Shown here: in pieces, positions 1 to 10,098 of the stretch | Numbering within the stretch: the stretch's first letter is position 1 | Layout: each line of letters opens with the position of its first letter | NCBI GenBank assembly: GCA_051532035.1 | Contig: JAOPTW010000008.1 | Span: forward strand, 1 to 64,000 | DNA: 64,000 bases | DNA from: Fibrobacterales bacterium | Lineage (GTDB): Bacteria > Fibrobacterota > Fibrobacteria > Fibrobacterales > JAOPTW01 | Direction: 5' to 3' | The notes under the pieces: generated by a model | What the model was told of the DNA's origin: nothing | The model's input: only the letters and a program-made list of their open reading frames with translations | Database searches by the model: none | Translations under genes and position numbers: made by a program

Positions 1-1
1 A

Positions 2-808
<807 letters not shown>

Positions 809-831
809 CAGAATAATTCTTAAAAAAACTC

Positions 832-863
832 AAAGAGCACTGAGAAATCAGTGCTCTTTTTTT
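832..863 (+). terminator. Intrinsic terminator after PFOR
   Basis: AAAGAGCACTGA-GAAA-TCAGTGCTCTTT followed by T run. Confidence 0.9.
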
Positions 864-1001
864 ATTTATTCTTTATAATAGTGATTGTAAAAACGTTCTA
901 TTATTCGACAGATTTCAATAACAATTCTGTGATATATTTCAAAATAAAGCAGTTTGCCCTCAAAGTATTGTTATTTTAACCTTAATAACTCGTATAATTA
1001 T

Positions 1002-1017
1002 TGGCACGTTATTTGTT
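1002..1017 (+). promoter_or_regulatory. Possible sigma54 (-24/-12) promoter
   Basis: TGGCACG-TTAT-TTGT vs consensus TGGCACG-N4-TTGC; one mismatch, at the -12 C; RBS about 20 bp downstream. Confidence 0.4.
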
Positions 1018-1046
1018 ATTAACTAATGGTAACTAAGGAGTTGATT

Positions 1047-1535
1047 ATGAAAATCGATAATAAAAAATTTGCTCATGACTACGCTGAAATAATGCGCTTA
1101 ACTGATATGGAAGCTTACTCACGTGCAAAAACCGAAGTAGAACGTGTATTTAGAAACCATCTTGGAATCAATTTTGATGCAATACATCAACAGAGCATTC
1201 AATCATTTTCCGAAACATTCAACCAACTGCACGATGCAGAGACCTATTACATCGCTGGTGAGATTTTAAAGTTTGCCGCAACAGTAATGGAGCAACTTGA
1301 TGAAAAAGAGATTACCACCTCTATTAAAGAGAAAGCCGTCTATTTATACTGCCAAGCGCTCTCTGCAAACGACCCTCGAATAAATACCGTCGCTGAAATG
1401 AACCTCTGCGAAGTAACGACAGACATGGACATTAACACCCTCCCTGCCTTCTTATTCACAAAACTTGAAGTACTTAACTTACAGTGTATGCCGCTCTCTA
1501 CCCCAGTAGTAGAGCCATCAACGGTAACACAGTAA
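1047..1535 (+). CDS. Hypothetical all-helical protein
   Basis: ORF with AAGGAG RBS at 1035-1040 before ATG 1047; no family confidently recognised. Confidence 0.7.
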   Translation: MKIDNKKFAHDYAEIMRLTDMEAYSRAKTEVERVFRNHLGINFDAIHQQSIQSFSETFNQLHDAETYYIAGEILKFAATVMEQLDEKEITTSIKEKAVYLYCQALSANDPRINTVAEMNLCEVTTDMDINTLPAFLFTKLEVLNLQCMPLSTPVVEPSTVTQ

Positions 1536-1545
1536 TATTCACCAA

Positions 1546-1596
1546 TATTGAATAGAAAGAGCCAGATTATAATAGTCTGGCTCTTTCTATTCAATA
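1546..1596. terminator. Bidirectional terminator (24-bp stem) between convergent genes
   Basis: TATTGAATAGAAAGAGCCAGATTA-taa-TAGTCTGGCTCTTTCTATTCAATA. Confidence 0.8.
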
Positions 1597-1624
1597 AGTA
1601 TTTCACTCAATCTATTGGAATGTC

Positions 1625-2518
1625 CTACAGCTCATTGAGCAATAACTTAAAGTTCTTTTCGATCCCTGCAAGCCCCTTATCAGTAATCTCCAGCAAGTCA
1701 AGACTTTGACCCATACTATTACTCCAATAATAGTAAGACTCATTATGATAAAAACGAGAGAATATATCGCTTGCAAGATGCTGTAAAGCAATTAAAACTT
1801 TAACCTCATGTGATACATCAAGGGCATGTAAATCAGTATGATGATGATATTTAACCCCTAGAATGAGGTCCTCTGGCACCAACCACTCTTTAAGAAGGTG
1901 AGCCCCAACTTGAGCGTGATTATACATATAGATATCTTCTTCTTGGGTGATATGGTCTTCAGAGACCTTATCGGCGATACTTGCATAAAAGTCCGCATAG
2001 CTCTTCTCTTTTCTCATAATTGCGGGTACACCACAATCGCTTATGAGACAGAAGGTGTAGGCCAGATCAGAGGATATTCGAGTATAGCTTGTTGCAAGAC
2101 TCGATGCAATAAGTGCCTTTAAACGGTTCGTCTCCCAGAATTGATTGAGCAAGAAACTATCTCCTTGGTTCAAGGAGCGTTCCAGAGAAAAGCCAAGTAC
2201 TAAATTTTCAATATTTTCTAATCCAAGCATAGAAATAGCATGATTCACAGACCGTACTTCATACTCTAAACCAAAAAATGATGAATTCACCGTTTTAATT
2301 ATGGCCAATGCTAACGCCATATCATTTGATAATATATTACCAAACCCCTCAAGATCAAGTACATCATTTTCTTTCTCTCTCACAAACCGAAGAAGTATTT
2401 CGGGTTTTGGTGGGAGCGGGATATCTTGAATCAATCCCTCAATAAGTTTCTCACGAACACTATTAATCGACATACCTTTGTAACCTCTAGAAAGAAAGTA
2501 ATCAAATACAGCATTCAT
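1625..2518 (-). CDS. Stand-alone HDOD domain protein
   Basis: IPLPPKP...D.ALALAIIKTVNSSFFGL...SVNHAISMLG; NHAQVGAHLLKEW..P....GVKYHH. Confidence 0.9.
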   Translation of the reverse strand: MNAVFDYFLSRGYKGMSINSVREKLIEGLIQDIPLPPKPEILLRFVREKENDVLDLEGFGNILSNDMALALAIIKTVNSSFFGLEYEVRSVNHAISMLGLENIENLVLGFSLERSLNQGDSFLLNQFWETNRLKALIASSLATSYTRISSDLAYTFCLISDCGVPAIMRKEKSYADFYASIADKVSEDHITQEEDIYMYNHAQVGAHLLKEWLVPEDLILGVKYHHHTDLHALDVSHEVKVLIALQHLASDIFSRFYHNESYYYWSNSMGQSLDLLEITDKGLAGIEKNFKLLLNEL

Positions 2519-2793
2519 TATATCATATTGAAAGAGAAAATGCTAGAAAAACTAGGACCGGACACCTCTTTTAACCACTTGGGATGTATTTTTGGGTAAG
2601 CAACAATTCAGTAAGTTGCAAAACGGGACATTATCATATATTTTTTAAAAAACCAGTAAAAACAACATATTCTACCTAAGTAATAGCACAGCACCTTCAT
2701 TTATGGAGAAAACAAAAGGCCACCTCGATCAAAAGAAGCGACCTTACTCTGTAAGTTTACGAACACTATAAACGCAATTGAGAAGTGTAGTTG

Positions 2794-4986
2794 TTATACC
2801 GCTTGAACCTCTACTTCATTGAGCAGATGATTTTTGATCTTACGATACGACTGCAGAACATCAGTATATGATGTACTCACCATAGGATTGATTTTTTGCT
2901 CAGAGGCAGTTTTCCAGTAGTCATTTCTAAGAGTTCTGATTTTACGAGTAATCTGGTCACTCTTTTCAAGAATCTCAGCAAACTTGTCTCGAACGCCCTC
3001 CTTTGAGCCACACTCCATGACATAATCAAAAAATGATTTAACGGTATCGTGGAGTTCGATTATATTGTTAACCTGCTCCGGAGAAAACCGAGTATCATTC
3101 TCTTCGAGACGAAGTTTTAATTTTAAAATTTGCATAACATAATCACTCACAGACTCAAGCTCATCACACATTCTTAAATGATCTTTAGCTGTCTCGGCAA
3201 CATCTTGAGGGATCTGTGTACTTAAAAACTCCGTAAGAAACTCAGTGACTTCCTTTTGCATGAGGTCAAGCTTATCTTCATCTTTAAAGACTTTTTTAAT
3301 ATACACGTCTTTCTTTTCAGAACCAGAAAATATCGATCTCAAGTCATCCATCATCTCCTTTGCACTCTTCTCCATTTTATCTATCTCTATTTTTGATTGC
3401 TGTATAGAAGCGTATGGTGATGATAGCATGGAATACTGTAAGTTTGTGACCAAGTCTTTTGCTGGTATTTTTTTATCCTTAACAATCTTCATTAAGAAAT
3501 TCCCTATCACCCCAGTAAAGGGCAAAAAGACTACGGTATTCACAATATTAAACACGGTATGAGTCATTGCAATACCGGCTAGAATAGGAAACTCTTTTAC
3601 CCCATTCACCTCTACTTCGGGAACCAGCATGCGAACTATATCAAGATATTGATAGAATATCAAAATCACCCATAAAGCTCCTACAACATTAAATATACAG
3701 TGAAAATAAGCAACACGACGTGCATTGGTATTAACCCCTATAGATGCAATGAGCGCAGTAATAGTAGTACCGATATTCACTCCTACTACAAGAGCTGCAG
3801 CAGTTTCAAATTCAAGAACACCAGTAGATGCCAGTCCAATGACAATACCAAGGGTTGCCGATGACGACTGGACAATCATCGTAAGGATACACCCAATTGA
3901 GGCCAACTTGATCACATTTATAAATGAAGTAGCATTTACCATGGTAAACCACTCGATAAACTCAGGCATATTTTTAACTGGCTTAAAACCATTTTTCATC
4001 AGCTCAAGGCCAAAGAAAATCATTCCCAGTCCCATAATAGCAAGTGCGAGGTATTTTATTTTTTCACGTTTTGAGAAGAGATAAATAAAGACACAGATTC
4101 CAATTATTGGAAGTCCCCATTTCCCTATTTTCATCACCATGATCCAACCCGTAATAGTTGTACCAATATTTGCCCCGAGTATGACCCCTATCGCTTGGTT
4201 AAGCGCCATAATACCAGAGTTCACAAAACCTACAGCCATTACTGTCGTGATTGAGCTTGATTGTACCACTCCGGTAACAACCACACCAACACCTGTTGCG
4301 AGTAATCTATTATCGGTAACAAGACTAATCATACGTTTGAGAGTCGGACCAGAAACGGTCTGAAGGCCATCAGAGAGAAAGCGCATCCCTAACAGGAAAA
4401 TACCCAGACCGCCAATCACAAAAAATACCATAGTTTTAAAATCAGGGCTTTTTGCAACGACAATCTGTAACTCAGTCGGGACCCCACTGTGAGAGACTAC
4501 TGTCGATGAAAAGAGGGAGTGTTGCTTTTTAACTACCGCAACAGAATAGGTTCCTTTGGGAAGATAGGCAATAGTAAATCGTCCATCAATATCAGAGTGC
4601 ACCTGCCTAAAGACAGTACCATTACATTTAAAACCATATTTAAATGTATCACTTATTTCAGTTTTATCGAGAAACCCACTACACACTAACAGTGTGACTT
4701 TTTCTACCGCATGCTTGGATTTAAAACTCTTTTTATCATTAAATGCCCGTACAACACCATGAATTCCAGTCTGAGACATGGTATCGATTGTAACAGAAAA
4801 TTCAGTATCAGAAGTAACTAACTCAACATTTTTTGGAGCATCATTTACCTGAACACTCTCTCTATGAGTATCGCTGGCGCTTGACCCTATAAGTGATTCA
4901 TTTTCACTCGCACTACTCACACCAGTAAAACATAAAAGAAACGCTAACGAAATAATTTTATTGTACTGCCCAATTTTCATTTTCAT
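2794..4986 (-). CDS. Na+/Pi cotransporter (NptA/YjbB family) with PhoU-like C-terminus and extra N-terminal extracytoplasmic domain, copy 2
   Basis: GGLGIFLLGM, two VQSSS repeats, GANIGTTIT, C-terminal helical DELESVSD; signal peptide; start 4980-4989 uncertain. Confidence 0.9.
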   Translation of the reverse strand: MKMKIGQYNKIISLAFLLCFTGVSSASENESLIGSSASDTHRESVQVNDAPKNVELVTSDTEFSVTIDTMSQTGIHGVVRAFNDKKSFKSKHAVEKVTLLVCSGFLDKTEISDTFKYGFKCNGTVFRQVHSDIDGRFTIAYLPKGTYSVAVVKKQHSLFSSTVVSHSGVPTELQIVVAKSPDFKTMVFFVIGGLGIFLLGMRFLSDGLQTVSGPTLKRMISLVTDNRLLATGVGVVVTGVVQSSSITTVMAVGFVNSGIMALNQAIGVILGANIGTTITGWIMVMKIGKWGLPIIGICVFIYLFSKREKIKYLALAIMGLGMIFFGLELMKNGFKPVKNMPEFIEWFTMVNATSFINVIKLASIGCILTMIVQSSSATLGIVIGLASTGVLEFETAAALVVGVNIGTTITALIASIGVNTNARRVAYFHCIFNVVGALWVILIFYQYLDIVRMLVPEVEVNGVKEFPILAGIAMTHTVFNIVNTVVFLPFTGVIGNFLMKIVKDKKIPAKDLVTNLQYSMLSSPYASIQQSKIEIDKMEKSAKEMMDDLRSIFSGSEKKDVYIKKVFKDEDKLDLMQKEVTEFLTEFLSTQIPQDVAETAKDHLRMCDELESVSDYVMQILKLKLRLEENDTRFSPEQVNNIIELHDTVKSFFDYVMECGSKEGVRDKFAEILEKSDQITRKIRTLRNDYWKTASEQKINPMVSTSYTDVLQSYRKIKNHLLNEVEVQAV

Positions 4987-4998
4987 CACTCATTAATC

Positions 4999-5020
4999 AT
5001 AATTTTGCAAAATTATAGCA
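4999..5020 (-). promoter_or_regulatory. Extended -10 promoter (TGCTATAAT) overlapped by an 18-bp palindrome
   Basis: Reverse complement of 5012-5020 is TGCTATAAT; ATAATTTTGCAAAATTAT at 4999-5016. Confidence 0.55.
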
Positions 5021-5068
5021 ATACCCCATACTATCGCCCACTATTCTTAATGGTGCACTCAATAAAAC

Positions 5069-5100
5069 AAAAAAAAGAGCACCTAATAAAGTGCCCTTTT
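5069..5100 (-). terminator. Terminator between the two cotransporter genes
   Basis: AAAAGAGCAC...GTGCCCTTTT stem with A-run (U-tract on minus strand). Confidence 0.65.
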
Positions 5101-5139
5101 ATCTAAAAGTAGTGGAAATCAATGAAATTGAGCGTTATT

Positions 5140-7290
5140 TTATAACGTTTGTACTTCAGCCTCATTAAGGATGTGGTTCTTAATTTTTCGGTACGATTGA
5201 AGAATATCCGTATAAGTAGTACTCACCATAGGATTGACTCTTTCTTCTGAGGCTATTTTCCAGTAATCATTACGCAGTGTTCTAATTTGACGTGTAATAG
5301 CATCACTTTTATCTGTTATAGAAGTAAACTGCTGTTGTACCTGTTCTTTACTCTCACACACCATAACAAAATCAAAGAACTCTTTAACGGTATCATGCAG
5401 ATCAATTATGCTATCCATTCTATCTTGCGATAGCGCAACATCATTATCCTCAAGACGGAGCTGTAGTTTTAGAATTTGCATCACATAATCGGATACCGAC
5501 TCAAGTTCATCACACATTCTTAAGTGCTCTTTAGCGATCTCTGCAACATCATGTGGAATTTGAGTACTAAGGAACTCAGTCAAAAATTCTGTAATCTCTT
5601 TTTGCATTACATCAAGAGTGTCTTCATCTTTAAAGATCTTTTTCATCAAGATATCTTTATTAGAATCATTTGAAAGAACTTTTTTGAGATCATCCATCAT
5701 CTCTTTTGCGGCCACTTCCATCTTATCTATTTCAAGTTTAGACTGTTGCACCGAAGCGTATGGCGTACCAATCATAGAGTACTGAAGATTGGTAATCATC
5801 TCTGCAGGCTTCACCTTTGCATCTTTCACGAACTTCATTAAGAAGTTTGCAATGTATCCAGTAAAAGGGAGAAAGATTAGTGTGTTCACAATATTGAAAA
5901 TAGTATGGGTCGACGCTATACCAGCAGTAATATAGGGGTACGTTTCTGAGCCATCTTTCATCACCATCATATTGGGGTCATGCCCTACAACGCTAATAAC
6001 CAACGGGAGATAGTATTGAAAAATTGCTGTTATCCAAAGAACCCCTGCTACATTAAAGAGTGCATGAAAGTATGCCGCTCTCCGTGCATTTGTGGTAGTA
6101 CCAATTGAAGCAAGAAGTGCAGTAATGGTAGTACCAATATTTTCACCAAGTACCAGAGCTGCAGCTGTTTCAAACCCAATAACCCCCGTCGACGCAAGAC
6201 CAATAGTAATACCAAGTGTTGCAGAAGATGACTGAACAATCATGGTAAGAATGCACCCAACTGCAGCAATTTTTAAGACATTCAAGTAAGACGTTGCTTG
6301 AAAGAGTGCGAACATTTCTGAAAACTCAGGCATCGATCTGATAGGTTTAAAACCATTTTTCATCAATTCTAGCCCGAAGAAAACCATGCCTACACCAATA
6401 AATACTAGAGCAAAATATTTCAGTTTTTCTCTTTTAGAAAAGAGAAATATAAAAGCGAATACACCAATGAGTGGAAGCCCCCATTTTCCAATTTTCAACA
6501 CAAGAATCCAACCAGTAATTGTGGTACCAATATTAGCACCTAATATTACGCCAATCGCCTGATTCAACGCCATTATACCAGAGTTAACAAATCCCACTGC
6601 CATAACCGTCGTTATTGAACTCGACTGAACAAAACACGTCACTGCAACTCCAACACCTGTTGCAAGAAAACGGTTATCAGTAACCAATGAGATCATGCGC
6701 TTAAGAGATGGCCCAGAAACTGTCTGAAGTCCATCTGACATGTAGCGCATTCCGAGTAAGAAAATACCAAGTCCACCAAGAACCGAGAAAACCATTTTCA
6801 TCACATCAGCTTCCGCAGCCATGATGATAGTGAGGTCTTTAACCTCTGGTCCGGCGATTGAAATCGTAGCCCCATTCAATTCGTGTTTTTTAAGAGAAGC
6901 GAATACTATGAATTTATTTCCCTTAAGACCTCTTACAGTAAACTCTCCATCGCGGTTACTCTGAGTTATAACCTCTTTACCCGTTTCATCTTTAAAGGTG
7001 AGCTCCGTTCCCTTAAGAGGTGTCTCTTTTTTATACAACCGAACAACGCCAGTAAACACGCTCTCTTCTTGCAAAGAAAGATCTACTGCCTTGGGAAGCA
7101 AATCGAATGAGTGATTAGGTGCAACCACCAAATCATACTCTTTCTCTTCATAGACAACGTGTGCTACAGGTTGAGCCTCTGAATCGAGAGAAAGTGGATG
7201 TGCCTCTGCTGACCAGAGGTTTATTGATACGCTCATGACTACCATGAACATCACACACAGGGTGCGAAACGCATTAGTCGAAATTTTCAT
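5140..7290 (-). CDS. Na+/Pi cotransporter (NptA/YjbB family) with PhoU-like C-terminus and N-terminal beta-sandwich, copy 1
   Basis: Same motifs as copy 2 (VQSSS x2, GENIGTTITA); signal peptide then F.GVV...TPL.G..L.F...T.SNRDGEFTVRGL. Confidence 0.9.
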   Translation of the reverse strand: MKISTNAFRTLCVMFMVVMSVSINLWSAEAHPLSLDSEAQPVAHVVYEEKEYDLVVAPNHSFDLLPKAVDLSLQEESVFTGVVRLYKKETPLKGTELTFKDETGKEVITQSNRDGEFTVRGLKGNKFIVFASLKKHELNGATISIAGPEVKDLTIIMAAEADVMKMVFSVLGGLGIFLLGMRYMSDGLQTVSGPSLKRMISLVTDNRFLATGVGVAVTCFVQSSSITTVMAVGFVNSGIMALNQAIGVILGANIGTTITGWILVLKIGKWGLPLIGVFAFIFLFSKREKLKYFALVFIGVGMVFFGLELMKNGFKPIRSMPEFSEMFALFQATSYLNVLKIAAVGCILTMIVQSSSATLGITIGLASTGVIGFETAAALVLGENIGTTITALLASIGTTTNARRAAYFHALFNVAGVLWITAIFQYYLPLVISVVGHDPNMMVMKDGSETYPYITAGIASTHTIFNIVNTLIFLPFTGYIANFLMKFVKDAKVKPAEMITNLQYSMIGTPYASVQQSKLEIDKMEVAAKEMMDDLKKVLSNDSNKDILMKKIFKDEDTLDVMQKEITEFLTEFLSTQIPHDVAEIAKEHLRMCDELESVSDYVMQILKLQLRLEDNDVALSQDRMDSIIDLHDTVKEFFDFVMVCESKEQVQQQFTSITDKSDAITRQIRTLRNDYWKIASEERVNPMVSTTYTDILQSYRKIKNHILNEAEVQTL

Positions 7291-7352
7291 CTATTATATC
7301 CTTATTGCGAACTTCAAACTCTGAAGTTTTGGTATTTAACTTATCTCGCAAT

Positions 7353-7393
7353 AGTATAGAATAGATTTGTTAGAATTCTATTAGAAATGAAAC
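7353..7393 (-). promoter_or_regulatory. Pho-box-like promoter of cotransporter copy 1
   Basis: TTAGA repeats at 11-bp period (7368-7393), 9 bp from a -10 TATACT; motif shared with the phoB promoter. Confidence 0.65.
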
Positions 7394-7447
7394 AATCGGG
7401 TCATGCCTCCAAAAATAGAGGCCTCAGACATCCACTAAGGCTTTATA

Positions 7448-9217
7448 CTATAAAGACTTAGGGAACGTCATACTAAATTTTGATCCTTGACCTATTTCAC
7501 TCTGAACGTCGACTGTTCCACCATGTATTTGCACAATATGTTTTACAATAGAGAGCCCAAGACCAGTACCGCCTACATTTCTACTCCGCGCTTTATCGAC
7601 CCGATAAAAACGCTCAAATAGGTGTTTTAAGTGCATTTTATCGATACCAAAGCCATGATCTTCGACAACAATAGAAACAACGTTCTTTTCTAAAACAGAG
7701 CTCATTGTGATTACTTTGTCATCTTCACTGTACTTGATAGAGTTATGAACAAGATTCACCAGTGCCTGCTCAACGAGGTTTGCATTCACAGACAGGACTA
7801 CATTCTCATCAATAGTATTTACAAGAGTGATGTTCTTTTCTTCGGCAGCAATCTTCGTCAACTGAATTGCTGAATCGGTAATCTCTTTGATAGACTCATC
7901 TGTTCGAACAAGGGTATCAGTGCTCTTTTCGATACGCGAAAGAGCTAAAAGATCTTCGATAATCGTCGCTAAGCGACCTGCTTGCTTTTGAATGACCCCA
8001 AGAAACTTATCACGAGCCGCTATATCATTGATAGCACCGTTGAGTAGAGTTTCGATATACCCCTGAATAGAGGTTATGGGTGTTCGTAATTCATGTGAAA
8101 CATTTGAGACAAATTGAGACCGCATATTTTCAAGCTCTCTAATTTTTGTCACATCATTAAACACCAAAAGTGCCCCAATGTCATTACCTTGGACATCAAG
8201 TAACACTGATCCACGCACATGAAACACCCGGCCTTCATCACCACTCGTAATCTCAATGTCTGCATCTACTGGGTTTGATGTTTGGTGAATATGTTGTAAA
8301 AGTTCATCAAGTTGACTTTCTCGAATAATATGGGTAAGTTTTCTCTGTTTCGCTCTGTCGTGGGTTAATAAAAACATCTGGAGGAAGGAATTATTATAGC
8401 GAGACAGAATTCCTTTTTTGTTAATCGCAACAATTCCTGCATTCATACTTGAAAATACTGCTTCCAACTCATTCTTTTGATCATTGGCAACAGTAATACG
8501 CTGCATAAGCTGAGAGGCCATTTCCTTCATGGACTGTGAGAGTGATGACATTTCATACCACTCATAGTCGGGTAGCTTATGTTGTAAGTGACCCTCAGCT
8601 AAAACCTGGGCACCTTCTCTAAGCGTGGTCAGTGGGTCTGTAATACGTTTGGAAATAATTATTGCAACAATTATTGCAAGGAGCAGTGTAAAAATTCCGG
8701 CAAAAACAACTCGCTGTGTGTAGCCAGCAATAAAGGATTCTACCGCGGTCATAGGAACTGCAGTTCGGATTATAAAGTCTGGAACTTCAGAGCGCACTGC
8801 ACTATAAACCATTTCTTTATTTATTGTGTTACTAAAGCGAATGGCTGAGCCTGCGCCAGACTTCCGGGCATCCATAATTTCTGGACGATAATAGTGATTA
8901 TTCATCAACTGAATATTTTTATGAGAATCAAATTTGACGAGTCCATCACCCTGGATAACAGTGATTCGTGTTTCAGTCTTAATACTCAACATATTAAGAG
9001 CTTCGATATACCCATAGGATTCGCTATAGAGTTGGGAAAAAACTTTATCAACTATGGTAGATCGGGCCGTAAGGTCTTTTTCAAGACTGGTTATAGAGGT
9101 ATCACGAATCGTGAGTGTTGAAAACCAGCCAAGAGTGATAATCGAAATTACTATTATCAATACATATGAAGGAAGAATATCCCAAAAGAGGCGTCGCTTT
9201 TTTGTATTACTCGGCAA
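7448..9217 (-). CDS. phoR: Phosphate-regulon-type sensor histidine kinase (2 TM, HAMP, PAS, HisKA, HATPase)
   Basis: NHYYRPEI sensor motif, FVSNVSHELRTPITSIQGY, FERFYRVDKARSR..GGTGLGLSIVKH. Confidence 0.88.
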   Translation of the reverse strand: MPSNTKKRRLFWDILPSYVLIIVISIITLGWFSTLTIRDTSITSLEKDLTARSTIVDKVFSQLYSESYGYIEALNMLSIKTETRITVIQGDGLVKFDSHKNIQLMNNHYYRPEIMDARKSGAGSAIRFSNTINKEMVYSAVRSEVPDFIIRTAVPMTAVESFIAGYTQRVVFAGIFTLLLAIIVAIIISKRITDPLTTLREGAQVLAEGHLQHKLPDYEWYEMSSLSQSMKEMASQLMQRITVANDQKNELEAVFSSMNAGIVAINKKGILSRYNNSFLQMFLLTHDRAKQRKLTHIIRESQLDELLQHIHQTSNPVDADIEITSGDEGRVFHVRGSVLLDVQGNDIGALLVFNDVTKIRELENMRSQFVSNVSHELRTPITSIQGYIETLLNGAINDIAARDKFLGVIQKQAGRLATIIEDLLALSRIEKSTDTLVRTDESIKEITDSAIQLTKIAAEEKNITLVNTIDENVVLSVNANLVEQALVNLVHNSIKYSEDDKVITMSSVLEKNVVSIVVEDHGFGIDKMHLKHLFERFYRVDKARSRNVGGTGLGLSIVKHIVQIHGGTVDVQSEIGQGSKFSMTFPKSL

Positions 9218-9887
9218 ATTTATATCCTACTCCTCTAATGGTTTCAATGAGTTTACCAGCATAACCCATCTTCTTACGCAAACTCACGATAAGAACATCA
9301 ATACTCCGGTCAGTAACAAAATAATCGTCCCCATGAACAGCAGAAATAATCTGATTACGCGTGTAGACTCTACCTGGTTTAGAGATTAAAAAATAAAGCG
9401 CAGAAAATTCCGAAGCAGTGAGATCGAGATCATTTTCACCATATGATACTTTCCGTTTGCTATCATCGATTGTAATATCATAATGAGAAATCGTGTTGGT
9501 CACCATCTCACTTTTCTGTACCGCTTTTGAGAATACTTTCCGTATACGTGCAAAAAGTACTTTTAGACTAAATGGCTTTACCATATAATCATCAGCGCCA
9601 AGCTCCAGTCCCATCACAATATCAAGCTCTTCACCTTTTGCAGAAACAAGGATTACTGGTGTCTGCGGGGCAATTTTACCATTTCTGATCTCTTTCAAGA
9701 CATCAATACCATTTTTACCAGGCATCATTATGTCAAGCAGAACAAGATGAGGAGTGTCATTCCAAAACATTTCGAGACCTTTTTGTCCATCAGGAGCATC
9801 TATTACCGTATACCCTTCTTGAGTAAGGTTATAGCTGAGTAACTCGCGAATGTCTTCATCATCTTCAATTATTAAAATTTTCTTCAT
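9207..9887 (-). CDS. phoB: OmpR/PhoB-family response regulator
   Basis: LLDIMMPG, GLELGADDY..KPFS, DRSIDVLIVSLRKK, IETIRGVGY; overlaps phoR start; adjacent to Pi transporters. Confidence 0.85.
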   Translation of the reverse strand: MKKILIIEDDEDIRELLSYNLTQEGYTVIDAPDGQKGLEMFWNDTPHLVLLDIMMPGKNGIDVLKEIRNGKIAPQTPVILVSAKGEELDIVMGLELGADDYMVKPFSLKVLFARIRKVFSKAVQKSEMVTNTISHYDITIDDSKRKVSYGENDLDLTASEFSALYFLISKPGRVYTRNQIISAVHGDDYFVTDRSIDVLIVSLRKKMGYAGKLIETIRGVGYKFAE

Positions 9888-10000
9888 TGCGCATCCTTAT
9901 GATTTAAAAAGATATCAATAACCAGCAGATTAGCCAATGACTAATCTGCTGTGTTACTTTCTTATCTTAAGAGCCCTTTATTACGCCCCGATGGACTAAT

Positions 10001-10041
10001 AAGGTAGATACACAATGTTAGAATACCATTAGATTGGCAAC
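10001..10041 (-). promoter_or_regulatory. Pho-box-like autoregulatory promoter of phoBR
   Basis: TGTTAGAATACCATTAGATTGGCAAC (10016-10041) matches 7368-7393 at 20/26; -10-like TACCTT at the same 9-bp spacing. Confidence 0.65.
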
Positions 10042-10098
10042 CAAGGTACCAGGTGTCGTAATATGAGATTTTGATTGTATTTGAAATAATTGGTGCTA

